DNA of 64,000 nucleotides. It comes from Eledone cirrhosa (taxonomy: Eukaryota). The stretch's first letter is position 1; the number at the start of each line of letters is the position of its first letter. This document shows positions 1 to 14,341 of the stretch, piece after piece. The notes below the pieces were generated by a model. That model worked only from the letters and a program-made list of their open reading frames with translations. It was not told the DNA's origin and did not search any database. The translations under genes and the position numbers were made by a program. The DNA lies in assembly GCA_964016885.1 (NCBI GenBank), contig OZ024742.1, forward strand, positions 15,128,001 through 15,192,000. Direction: 5' to 3'.

Positions 1-1699
1 TTAGTTCAAACTAATCATATCTAAATTACCATATATATATATTGGTGAGGTGGCACCACTTAGCTCAAACTAATCATATCTAAATTACCATATATATATA
101 TTGGTGAGGTGGCACCACTTAACTCAAACTAAACATCTAAATTACTATATATATATATTGGTGAGGTGGCACCACTTAGCTCAAACTAATCATATCTAAA
201 TTACCATATATATATATTGGTGAGGTGGCACCACTTAGCTCAAACTAATCACATCTAAATTACCATATATATTGGTGAGGTGGCACCACTTAGCTCAAAC
301 TAATCATATCTAAATTACCATATATATTGGTGAGGTGGCACCACTTAGCTCAAACTAATCACATCTAAATTACCATATATATTGGTGAGGTGGCACCACT
401 TAGCTCAATCTCATCATATCTAAATTACCATATATATTGGTGAGGTGGCACCACTTAACTCAAACTAATCATATCTAAATTACCATATATATATATTGGT
501 GAGGTGGCACCACTTAGCTCAAACTAATCATATCTAAATTACCATATATATATATTGGTGAGGTGGCACCACTTAGCTCAAACTAATCATATCTAAATTA
601 CCATATATATATATTGGTGAGGTGGCACCACTTAGCTCAAACTAATCATATCTAAATTACCATATATATATATTGGTGAGGTGGCACCACTTAGCTCAAA
701 CTAATCATATCTAAATTACCATATATATTGGTGAGGTGGCACCACTTAGCTCAAACTAATCATATCTAAATTACCATATATATTGGTGAGGTGGCACCAC
801 TTAGCTCAAACTAATCATATCTAAATTACCATATATATATATATTGGTGAGGTGGCACCACTTAGCTCAAACTAATCATATCTAAATTACCATATATATT
901 GGTGAGGTGGCACCACTTAGCTCAAACTAATCATATCTAAATTACCATATATATATATTGGTGAGGTGGTACCACTTAGCTCAAACTAATCACATCTAAA
1001 TTACCATATATATTGGTGAGGTGGTACCACTTAGCTCAAACTAATCAAATCTAAATTACCATATATATTAGTGAGGTGGCACCACTTAACTCAAACTAAT
1101 CATATCTAAATTACCATATATATTGGTGAGGTGGCACCACTTAGCTCAAACTAATCATATCTAAATTACCATATATATATATATTGGTGAGGTGGTACCA
1201 CTTAGCTCAAACTAATCACATCTAAATTACCATATATATTGGTGAGGTGGCACCACTTAGCTCAAACTAATCATATCTAAATTACCATATATATTGGTGA
1301 GGTGGCACTACTTAGCTCAAACTAATCACATCTAAATTACCATATATATATATTGGTGAGGTGGTACCACTTAGCTCAAACTAATCACATCTAAATTACC
1401 ATATATATATATTGGTGAGGTGGCACCACTTAGCTCAAACTTATCATATCTAAATTACCATATATATATATTGGTGAGGTGGCACCACTTAGCTCAAACT
1501 AATCACATCTAAATTACCATATATATATATTGGTGAGGTGGTACCACTTAGCTCAAACTAATCATATCTAAATTACCATATATATTGGTGAGGTGGCACC
1601 ACTTAGCTCAAACTAATCATATCTAAATTACCATATATATATATTGGTGAGGTGGCACCACTTAGCTCAAACTAATCATATCTAAATTACCATATATAT

Positions 1700-1762
1700 G
1701 GCCATCCAAACCCATGCAAGCGTGGAACACGGACGTCAAACGATGATGATGATGATGATGAT
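1700..1762 (+). mobile_element. 63-bp retroposon-tail-like insert, copy 1, (GAT)7
   Basis: 42-bp non-satellite sequence GGCCATCC...GGACGTCAAAC followed by a (GAT)7 tail, between (AT)4 and TGGTGAGG. The insert is directly visible; retroposon origin is inferred from the simple-repeat 3' tail. Confidence 0.6.
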
Positions 1763-3441
1763 TGGTGAGGTGGCACCACTTAGCTCAAACTAATCATATC
1801 TAAATTACCATATATATATATATATATTGGTGAGGTGGCACCACTAAGCTGAAACTAATCATATCTAAATTACCATATATATATATTGGTGAGGTGGCAC
1901 CACTTAGCTCAAACTAATCACATCTAAATTACCATATATATATATTGGTGAGGTGGTACCACTTAGCTCAAACTAATCATATCTAAATTACCATATACAT
2001 ATATTGGTGAGGTGGCACCACTTAGCTGAAACTAATCATATCTAAATTACCATATATATTGGTGAGGTGGCACCACTTAGCTCAAACTAATCATATCTAA
2101 ATTACCATATATATATTGGTGAGGTGGCACCACTTAGCTCAAACTAATCATATCTAAATTACCATATATATATATTGGTGAGGTGGCACCACTTAGCTCA
2201 AACTAATCATATCTAAATTACCATATATATATATATTGGTGAGGTGGCACCACTTAGCTGAAACTAATCATATCTAAATTACCATATATATTGGTGAGGT
2301 GGCACCACTTAGCTCAAACTAATCATATCTAAATTACCATATATATATATATTGGTGAGGTGGCACCACTTAGCTCAAACTAATCATATCTAAATTACCA
2401 TATATATTGGTGAGGTGGCACCACTTAGCTGAAACTAATCATATCTAAATTACCATATATATATATATTGGTGAGGTGGCACTACTTAGCTCAAACTAAT
2501 CATATCTAAATTACCATATATATTGGTGAGGTGGCACCACTTAGCTCAAACTAATCATATCTAAATTACCATATATATATATATTGGTGAGGTGGTACCA
2601 CTTAGCTCAAACTAATCACATCTAAATTACCATATATATTGGTGAGGTGGCACCACTTAGCTCAAACTAATCATATCTAAATTACCATATATATTGGTGA
2701 TGTGGTACCACTTAGCTCAAACTAATCATATCTAAATTACCATATATATATATATTGGTGAGGTGGCACCACTTAGCTCAAACTAATCAAATCTAAATTA
2801 CCATATATATTAGTGAGGTGGCACCACTTAACTCAAACTAATCATATCTAAATTACCATATATATTGGTGAGGTGGCACCACTTAGCTCAAACTAATCAT
2901 ATCTAAATTACCATATATATATATATTGGTGAGGTGGTACCACTTAGCTCAAACTAATCACATCTAAATTACCATATATATTGGTGAGGTGGCACCACTT
3001 AGCTCAAACTAATCATATCTAAATTACCATATATATTGGTGAGGTGGCACTACTTAGCTCAAACTAATCACATCTAAATTACCATATATATATATTGGTG
3101 AGGTGGTACCACTTAGCTCAAACTAATCACATCTAAATTACCATATATATATATTGGTGAGGTGGCACCACTTAGCTCAAACTAATCATATCTAAATTAC
3201 CATATATATATATTGGTGAGGTGGCACCACTTAGCTCAAACTAATCACATCTAAATTACCATATATATATATTGGTGAGGTGGTACCACTTAGCTCAAAC
3301 TAATCATATCTAAATTACCATATATATTGGTGAGGTGGCACCACTTAGCTCAAACTAATCATATCTAAATTACCATATATATATATTGGTGAGGTGGCAC
3401 CACTTAGCTCAAACTAATCATATCTAAATTACCATATATAT

Positions 3442-3504
3442 GGCCATCCAAACCCATGCAAGCGTGGAACACGGACGTCAAACGATGATGATGATGATGC
3501 TGAT
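3442..3504 (+). mobile_element. Insert copy 2, tail variant (GAT)5-GCT-GAT
   Basis: Same 42-bp body and junctions as copy 1. Confidence 0.6.
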
Positions 3505-5820
3505 TGGTGAGGTGGCACCACTTAGCTCAAACTAATCATATCTAAATTACCATATATATATATATATATTGGTGAGGTGGCACCACTAAGCTGAAACTAA
3601 TCATATCTAAATTACCATATATATATATTGGTGAGGTGGCACCACTTAGCTCAAACTAATCACATCTAAATTACCATATATATATATTGGTGAGGTGGTA
3701 CCACTTAGCTCAAACTAATCATATCTAAATTACCATATACATATATTGGTGAGGTGGCACCACTTAGCTGAAACTAATCATATCTAAATTACCATATATA
3801 TTGGTGAGGTGGCACCACTTAGCTCAAACTAATCATATCTAAATTACCATATATATATATTGGTGAGGTGGCACCACTTAGCTCAAACTAATCATATCTA
3901 AATTACCATATATATTGGTGAAGTGGTACCACTTAGCTCAAACTAATCATATCTAAATTACCATATATATATATATTGGTGAGGTGGCACCACTTAGCTC
4001 AAACTAATCATATCTAAATTACCATATATATATATATATATTGGTGAGGTGGCACCACTAAGCTGAAACTAATCATATCTAAATTACCATATATATATAT
4101 TGGTGAGGTGGCACCACTTAGCTCAAACTAATCACATCTAAATTACCATATATATATATTGGTGAGGTGGTACCACTTAGCTCAAACTAATCACATCTAA
4201 ATTACCATATATATATATTGGTGAGGTGGCACCACTTAGCTCAAACTAATCATATCTAAATTACCATATACATATATTGGTGAGGTGGCACCACTTAGCT
4301 CAAACTAATCATATCTAAATTACCATATATATTGGTTAGGTGGCACCACTTAGCTCAAACTAATCATATCTAAATTACCATATATATATATTGGTGAGGT
4401 GGCACCACTTAGCTCAAACTAATCATATCTAAATTACCATATATATTGGTGATGTGGTACCACTTAGCTCAAACTAATCATATCTAAATTACCATATATA
4501 TATATATTGGTGAGGTGGCACCACTTAGCTCAAACTAATCATATCTAAATTACCATATATATTGGTGAGGTGGCACCACTTAGCTCAAACTAATCATATC
4601 TAAATTACCATATATATATATATTGGTGAGGTGGCACTACTTAGCTCAAACTAATCATATCTAAATTACCATATATATTGGTGAGGTGGCACCACTTAGC
4701 TCAAACTAATCATATCTAAATTACCATATATATATATTGGTGAGGTGGTACCACTTAGCTCAAACTAATCACATCTAAATTACCATATATATTGGTGAGG
4801 TGGCACCACTTAGCTCAAACTAATCATATCTAAATTACCATATATATTGGTGATGTGGTACCACTTAGCTCAAACTAATCATATCTAAATTACCATATAT
4901 ATATATATTGGTGAGGTGGCACCACTTAGCTCAAACTAATCATATCTAAATTACCATATATATTGGTGAGGTGGCACCACTTAGCTCAAACTAATCATAT
5001 CTAAATTACCATATATATATATATTGGTGAGGTGGCACCACTTAGCTCAAACTAATCATATCTAAATTACCATATATATTGGTGAGGTGGCACCACTTAG
5101 CTCAAACTAATCATATCTAAATTACCATATATATATATTGGTGAGGTGGTACCACTTAGCTCAAACTAATCACATCTAAATTACCATATATATTGGTGAG
5201 GTGGTACCACTTAGCTCAAACTAATCAAATCTAAATTACCATATATATTAGTGAGGTGGCACCACTTAACTCAAACTAATCATATCTAAATTACCATATA
5301 TATTGGTGAGGTGGCACCACTTAGCTCAAACTAATCATATCTAAATTACCATATATATATATATTGGTGAGGTGGTACCACTTAGCTCAAACTAATCACA
5401 TCTAAATTACCATATATATTGGTGAGGTGGCACCACTTAGCTCAAACTAATCATATCTAAATTACCATATATATTGGTGAGGTGGCACTACTTAGCTCAA
5501 ACTAATCACATCTAAATTACCATATATATATATTGGTGAGGTGGTACCACTTAGCTCAAACTAATCACATCTAAATTACCATATATATATATTGGTGAGG
5601 TGGCACCACTTAGCTCAAACTAATCATATCTAAATTACCATATATATATATTGGTGAGGTGGCACCACTTAGCTCAAACTAATCACATCTAAATTACCAT
5701 ATATATATATTGGTGAGGTGGTACCACTTAGCTCAAACTAATCATATCTAAATTACCATATATATTGGTGAGGTGGCACCACTTAGCTCAAACTAATCAT
5801 ATCTAAATTACCATATATAT

Positions 5821-5883
5821 GGCCATCCAAACCCATGCAAGCGTGGAACACGGACGTCAAACGATGATGATGATGATGATGAT
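5821..5883 (+). mobile_element. Insert copy 3
   Basis: Same 42-bp body, (GAT)7. Confidence 0.6.
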
Positions 5884-7749
5884 TGGTGAGGTGGCACCAC
5901 TTAGCTCAAACTAATCATATCTAAATTACCATATATATATATATATATTGGTGAGGTGGCACCACTAAGCTGAAACTAATCATATCTAAATTACCATATA
6001 TATATATTGGTGAGGTGGCACCACTTAGCTCAAACTAATCACATCTAAATTACCATATATATATATTGGTGAGGTGGTACCACTTAGCTCAAACTAATCA
6101 TATCTAAATTACCATATACATATATTGGTGAGGTGGCACCACTTAGCTGAAACTAATCATATCTAAATTACCATATATATTGGTGAGGTGGCACCACTTA
6201 GCTCAAACTAATCATATCTAAATTACCATATATATATATATTGGTGAGGTGGCACCACTTAGCTCAAACTAATCATATCTAAATTACCATATATATATAT
6301 TGGTGAGGTGGCACCACTTAGCTCAAACTAATCATATCTAAATTACCATATATATTGGTGAAGTGGTACCACTTAGCTCAAACTAATCATATCTAAATTA
6401 CCATATATATATATATTGGTGAGGTGGCACCACTTAGCTGAAACTAATCATATCTAAATTACCATATATATTGGTGAGGTGGCACCACTTAGCTCAAACT
6501 AATCATATCTAAATTACCATATATATATATATTGGTGAGGTGGCACCACTTAGCTCAAACTAATCATATCTAAATTACCATATATATTGGTGAGGTGGCA
6601 CCACTTAGCTGAAACTAATCATATCTAAATTACCATATATATATATATATTGGTGAGGTGGCACTACTTAGCTCAAACTAATCATATCTAAATTACCATA
6701 TATATTGGTGAGGTGGCACCACTTAGCTCAAACTAATCATATCTAAATTACCATATATATATATATTGGTGAGGTGGTACCACTTAGCTCAAACTAATCA
6801 CATCTAAATTACCATATATATTGGTGAGGTGGCACCACTTAGCTCAAACTAATCATATCTAAATTACCATATATATTGGTGATGTGGTACCACTTAGCTC
6901 AAACTAATCATATCTAAATTACCATATATATATATTGGTGAGGTGGCACCACTTAGCTCAAACTAATCATATCTAAATTACCATATATATATATATTGGT
7001 GAGGTGGCACCACTTAGCTCAAACTAATCATATCTAAATTACCATATATATTGGTGAGGTGGCACCACTTAGCTCAAACTAATCACATCTAAATTACCAT
7101 ATATATTGGTGAGGTGGCACCACTTAGCTCAAACTAATCATATCTAAATTACCATATATATATATATTGGTGAGGTGGCACCACTTAGCTCAAACTAATC
7201 ATATCTAAATTAACATATATACATATATTGGTGAGGTGGTACCACTTAGCTCAAACTAATCATATCTAAATTACCATATATATATATTGGTGAGGTGGTA
7301 CCACTTAGCTCAAACTAATCACATCTAAATTACCATATATATTGGTGAGGTGGCACCACTTAGCTCAAACTAATCATATCTAAATTACCATATATATATA
7401 TTGGTGAGGTGGTACCACTTAGCTCAAACTAATCACATCTAAATTACCATATATATTGGTGAGGTGGCACCACTTAGCTCAAACTAATCATATCTAAATT
7501 ACCATATATATATATTGGTGAGGTGGCACCACTTAGCTCAAACTAATCATATCTAAATTAACATATATACATATATTGGTGAGGTGGCACCACTTAGCTC
7601 AAACTAATCATATCTAAATTACCATATATATATATTGGCGAGGTGGCACCACTTAGCTCAAACTAATCACATCTAAATTACCATATATATATATTGGTGA
7701 GTTGGTACCACTTAGCTCAAACTAATCACATCTAAATTACCATATATAT

Positions 7750-7812
7750 GGCCATCCAAACCCATGCAAGCGTGGAACACGGACGTCAAACGATGATGAT
7801 GATGATGATGAT
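7750..7812 (+). mobile_element. Insert copy 4 (followed by TGGCGAGG variant)
   Basis: Same 42-bp body, (GAT)7. Confidence 0.6.
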
Positions 7813-7951
7813 TGGCGAGGTGGCACCACTTAGCTCAAACTAATCATATCTAAATTACCATATATATATATATATTGGTGAGGTGGCACCACTAAGCTGA
7901 AACTAATCATATCTAAATTACCATATATATATATTGGTGAGGTGGCACCAC

Positions 7952-10740
7952 TTAGTTCAAACTAATCATATCTAAATTACCATATATATATATTGGTGAG
8001 GTGGCACCACTTAGCTCAAACTAATCATATCTAAATTACCATATATATATATTGGTGAGGTGGCACCACTTAACTCAAACTAAACATCTAAATTACTATA
8101 TATATATATTGGTGAGGTGGCACCACTTAGCTCAAACTAATCATATCTAAATTACCATATATATATATTGGTGAGGTGGCACCACTTAGCTCAAACTAAT
8201 CACATCTAAATTACCATATATATTGGTGAGGTGGCACCACTTAGCTCAAACTAATCATATCTAAATTACCATATATATTGGTGAGGTGGCACCACTTAGC
8301 TCAAACTAATCACATCTAAATTACCATATATATTGGTGAGGTGGCACCACTTAGCTCAATCTCATCATATCTAAATTACCATATATATTGGTGAGGTGGC
8401 ACCACTTAACTCAAACTAATCATATCTAAATTACCATATATATATATTGGTGAGGTGGCACCACTTAGCTCAAACTAATCATATCTAAATTACCATATAT
8501 ATATATTGGTGAGGTGGCACCACTTAGCTCAAACTAATCATATCTAAATTACCATATATATATATTGGTGAGGTGGCACCACTTAGCTCAAACTAATCAT
8601 ATCTAAATTACCATATATATATATTGGTGAGGTGGCACCACTTAGCTCAAACTAATCATATCTAAATTACCATATATATTGGTGAGGTGGCACCACTTAG
8701 CTCAAACTAATCATATCTAAATTACCATATATATTGGTGAGGTGGCACCACTTAGCTCAAACTAATCATATCTAAATTACCATATATATATATATTGGTG
8801 AGGTGGCACCACTTAGCTCAAACTAATCATATCTAAATTACCATATATATTGGTGAGGTGGCACCACTTAGCTCAAACTAATCATATCTAAATTACCATA
8901 TATATATATTGGTGAGGTGGTACCACTTAGCTCAAACTAATCACATCTAAATTACCATATATATTGGTGAGGTGGTACCACTTAGCTCAAACTAATCAAA
9001 TCTAAATTACCATATATATTAGTGAGGTGGCACCACTTAACTCAAACTAATCATATCTAAATTACCATATATATTGGTGAGGTGGCACCACTTAGCTCAA
9101 ACTAATCATATCTAAATTACCATATATATATATATTGGTGAGGTGGTACCACTTAGCTCAAACTAATCACATCTAAATTACCATATATATTGGTGAGGTG
9201 GCACCACTTAGCTCAAACTAATCATATCTAAATTACCATATATATTGGTGAGGTGGCACTACTTAGCTCAAACTAATCACATCTAAATTACCATATATAT
9301 ATATTGGTGAGGTGGTACCACTTAGCTCAAACTAATCACATCTAAATTACCATATATATATATTGGTGAGGTGGCACCACTTAGCTCAAACTTATCATAT
9401 CTAAATTACCATATATATATATTGGTGAGGTGGCACCACTTAGCTCAAACTAATCACATCTAAATTACCATATATATATATTGGTGAGGTGGTACCACTT
9501 AGCTCAAACTAATCATATCTAAATTACCATATATATTGGTGAGGTGGCACCACTTAGCTCAAACTAATCATATCTAAATTACCATATATATATATTGGTG
9601 AGGTGGCACCACTTAGCTCAAACTAATCATATCTAAATTACCATATATATGGCCATCCAAACCCATGCAAGCGTGGAACACGGACGTCAAACGATGATGA
9701 TGATGATGATGATTGGTGAGGTGGCACCACTTAGCTCAAACTAATCATATCTAAATTACCATATATATATATATATATTGGTGAGGTGGCACCACTAAGC
9801 TGAAACTAATCATATCTAAATTACCATATATATATATTGGTGAGGTGGCACCACTTAGCTCAAACTAATCACATCTAAATTACCATATATATATATTGGT
9901 GAGGTGGTACCACTTAGCTCAAACTAATCATATCTAAATTACCATATACATATATTGGTGAGGTGGCACCACTTAGCTGAAACTAATCATATCTAAATTA
10001 CCATATATATTGGTGAGGTGGCACCACTTAGCTCAAACTAATCATATCTAAATTACCATATATATATTGGTGAGGTGGCACCACTTAGCTCAAACTAATC
10101 ATATCTAAATTACCATATATATATATTGGTGAGGTGGCACCACTTAGCTCAAACTAATCATATCTAAATTACCATATATATATATATTGGTGAGGTGGCA
10201 CCACTTAGCTGAAACTAATCATATCTAAATTACCATATATATTGGTGAGGTGGCACCACTTAGCTCAAACTAATCATATCTAAATTACCATATATATATA
10301 TATTGGTGAGGTGGCACCACTTAGCTCAAACTAATCATATCTAAATTACCATATATATTGGTGAGGTGGCACCACTTAGCTGAAACTAATCATATCTAAA
10401 TTACCATATATATATATATTGGTGAGGTGGCACTACTTAGCTCAAACTAATCATATCTAAATTACCATATATATTGGTGAGGTGGCACCACTTAGCTCAA
10501 ACTAATCATATCTAAATTACCATATATATATATATTGGTGAGGTGGTACCACTTAGCTCAAACTAATCACATCTAAATTACCATATATATTGGTGAGGTG
10601 GCACCACTTAGCTCAAACTAATCATATCTAAATTACCATATATATTGGTGATGTGGTACCACTTAGCTCAAACTAATCATATCTAAATTACCATATATAT
10701 ATATATTGGTGAGGTGGCACCACTTAGCTCAAACTAATCA
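7952..10740 (+). repeat. Higher-order block duplicate of 1-2789 (offset 7951 bp)
   Basis: Rare markers in register: TTAGTTCAAA 1/7952, 2-bp-deleted AAACATCT 131/8082, TTATC variant 1441/9392, insert 1700/9651, (AT)5 monomer near 2107/10058. Confidence 0.9.
9651..9713 (+). mobile_element. Insert copy 5
   Basis: Same 42-bp body, (GAT)7. Confidence 0.6.
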
Positions 10741-13700
10741 TATCTAAATTACCATATATATTGGTGAGGTGGCACCACTTAGCTCAAACTAATCATATCT
10801 AAATTACCATATATATATATATTGGTGAGGTGGCACCACTTAGCTCAAACTAATCATATCTAAATTACCATATATATTGGTGAGGTGGCACCACTTAGCT
10901 CAAACTAATCATATCTAAATTACCATATATATATATTGGTGAGGTGGCACCACTTAGCTCAAACTAATCATATCTAAATTACCATATATATATATATTGG
11001 TGAGGTGGCACCACTTAGCTCAAACTAATCACATCTAAATTACCATATATATTGGTGAGGTGGCACCACTTAGCTCAAACTAATCATATCTAAATTACCA
11101 TATATATATATTGGTGAGGTGGCACCACTTAACTCAAACTAAACATATCTAAATTACTATATATATATATTGGTGAGGTGGCACCACTTAGCTCAAACTA
11201 ACCACATCTAAATTACCATATATATTGGTGAGGTGGCACCACTTAGCTCAATCTCATCATATCTAAATTACCATATATATTGGTGAGGTGGCACCACTTA
11301 ACTCAAACTAATCATATCTAAATTACCATATATATATATTGGTGAGGTGGCACCACTTAGCTCAAACTAATCATATCTAAATTACCATATATATATATTG
11401 GTGAGGTGGCACCACTTAGCTCAAACTAATCATATCTAAATTACCATATATATATATTGGTGAGGTGGCACCACTTAGCTCAAACTAATCATATCTAAAT
11501 TACCATATATATTGGTGAGGTGGCACCACTTAGCTCAAACTAATCATATCTAAATTACCATATATATTGGTGAGGTGGCACCACTTAGCTGAAACTAATC
11601 ATATCTAAATTACCATATATATATATTGGTGAGGTGGCACCACTTAGCTCAAACTAATCATATCTAAATTACCATATATATTGGTGATGTGGTACCACTT
11701 AGCTCAAACTAATCATATCTAAATTACCATATATATATATATTGGTGAGGTGGCACCACTTAGCTCAAACTAATCATATCTAAATTACCATATATATATA
11801 TATATATTGGTGAGGTGGCACCACTAAGCTGAAACTAATCATATCTAAATTACCATATATATATATTGGTGAGGTGGCACCACTTAGCTCAAACTAATCA
11901 CATCTAAATTACCATATATATATATTGGTGAGGTGGTACCACTTAGCTCAAACTAATCACATCTAAATTACCATATATATATATTGGTGAGGTGGCACCA
12001 CTTAGCTCAATCTCATCATATCTAAATTACCATATACATATATTGGTGAGGTGGCACCACTTAGCTCAAACTAATCATATCTAAATTACCATATATATTG
12101 GTTAGGTGGCACCACTTAGCTCAAACTAATCATATCTAAATTACCATATATATATATTGGTGAGGTGGCACCACTTAGCTCAAACTAATCATATCTAAAT
12201 TACCATATATATTGGTGATGTGGTACCACTTAGCTCAAACTAATCATATCTAAATTACCATATATATATATATTGGTGAGGTGGCACCACTTAGCTCAAA
12301 CTAATCATATCTAAATTACCATATATATTGGTGAGGTGGCACCACTTAGCTCAAACTAATCATATCTAAATTACCATATATATATATATTGGTGAGGTGG
12401 CACTACTTAGCTCAAACTAATCATATCTAAATTACCATATATATTGGTGAGGTGGCACCACTTAGCTCAAACTAATCATATCTAAATTACCATATATATA
12501 TATTGGTGAGGTGGTACCACTTAGCTCAAACTAATCACATCTAAATTACCATATATATTGGTGAGGTGGCACCACTTGGCTCAAACTAATCATATCTAAA
12601 TTACCATATATATTGGTGATGTGGTACCACTTAGCTCAAACTAATCATATCTAAATTACCATATATATATATATTGGTGAGGTGGCACCACTTAGCTCAA
12701 ACTAATCATATCTAAATTACCATATATATTGGTGAGGTGGCACCACTTAGCTCAAACTAATCATATCTAAATTACCATATATATATATATTGGTGAGGTG
12801 GCACCACTTAGCTCAAACTAATCATATCTAAATTACCATATATATTGGTGATGTGGTACCACTTAGCTCAAACTAATCATATCTAAATTACCATATATAT
12901 ATATATTGGTGAGGTGGCACCACTTAGCTCAAACTAATCATATCTAAATTACCATATATATTGGTGAGGTGGCACCACTTAGCTCAAACTAATCATATCT
13001 AAATTACCATATATATATATATTGGTGAGGTGGCACTACTTAGCTCAAACTAATCATATCTAAATTACCATATATATTGGTGAGGTGGCACCACTTAGCT
13101 CAAACTAATCATATCTAAATTACCATATATATATATTGGTGAGGTGGTACCACTTAGCTCAAACTAATCACATCTAAATTACCATATATATTGGTGAGGT
13201 GGCACCACTTAGCTCAAACTAATCATATCTAAATTACCATATATATTGGTGATGTGGTACCACTTAGCTCAAACTAATCATATCTAAATTACCATATATA
13301 TATATATTGGTGAGGTGGCACCACTTAGCTCAAACTAATCATATCTAAATTACCATATATATTGGTGAGGTGGCACCACTTAGCTCAAACTAATCATATC
13401 TAAATTACCATATATATATATATTGGTGAGGTGGCACCACTTAGCTCAAACTAATCATATCTAAATTACCATATATATTGGTGAGGTGGCACCACTTAGC
13501 TCAAACTAATCATATCTAAATTACCATATATATATATTGGTGAGGTGGTACCACTTAGCTCAAACTAATCACATCTAAATTACCATATATATTGGTGAGG
13601 TGGTACCACTTAGCTCAAACTAATCAAATCTAAATTACCATATATATTAGTGAGGTGGCACCACTTAACTCAAACTAATCATATCTAAATTACCATATAT

Positions 13701-14278
13701 ATTGGTGAGGTGGCACCACTTAGCTCAAACTAATCATATCTAAATTACCATATATATATATATTGGTGAGGTGGTACCACTTAGCTCAAACTAATCACAT
13801 CTAAATTACCATATATATTGGTGAGGTGGCACCACTTAGCTCAAACTAATCATATCTAAATTACCATATATATTGGTGAGGTGGCACTACTTAGCTGAAA
13901 CTAATCACATCTAAATTACCATATATATATATTGGTGAGGTGGTACCACTTAGCTCAAACTAATCACATCTAAATTACCATATATATATATTGGTGAGGT
14001 GGCACCACTTAGCTCAAACTAATCATATCTAAATTACCATATATATATATTGGTGAGGTGGCACCACTTAGCTCAAACTAATCACATCTAAATTACCATA
14101 TATATATATTGGTGAGGTGGTACCACTTAGCTCAAACTAATCATATCTAAATTACCATATATATTGGTGAGGTGGCACCACTTAGCTCAAACTAATCATA
14201 TCTAAATTACCATATATATATATTGGTGAGGTGGCACCACTTAGCTCAAACTAATCATATCTAAATTACCATATATAT

Positions 14279-14341
14279 GGCCATCCAAACCCATGCAAGC
14301 GTGGAACACGGACGTCAAACGATGATGATGATGATGATGAT
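14279..14341 (+). mobile_element. Insert copy 6 (followed by TGGCGAGG variant)
   Basis: Same 42-bp body, (GAT)7. Confidence 0.6.

Noticed and set aside
1698-1770. Mini-ORF or poly-Asp/Met peptide in the insert (ATG GCC ATC CAA ACC CAT GCA AGC GTG GAA CAC GGA CGT CAA ACG ATG ATG...)
   Set aside because: It is only a few dozen codons, terminates in the next monomer, and its ATG arises from the (AT)n junction. There is no supporting gene context.
1692-1770. Target-site duplication around the insert
   Set aside because: Only an AT dinucleotide is shared between the left flank and the tail end, which cannot be distinguished from the tail or microsatellite itself.
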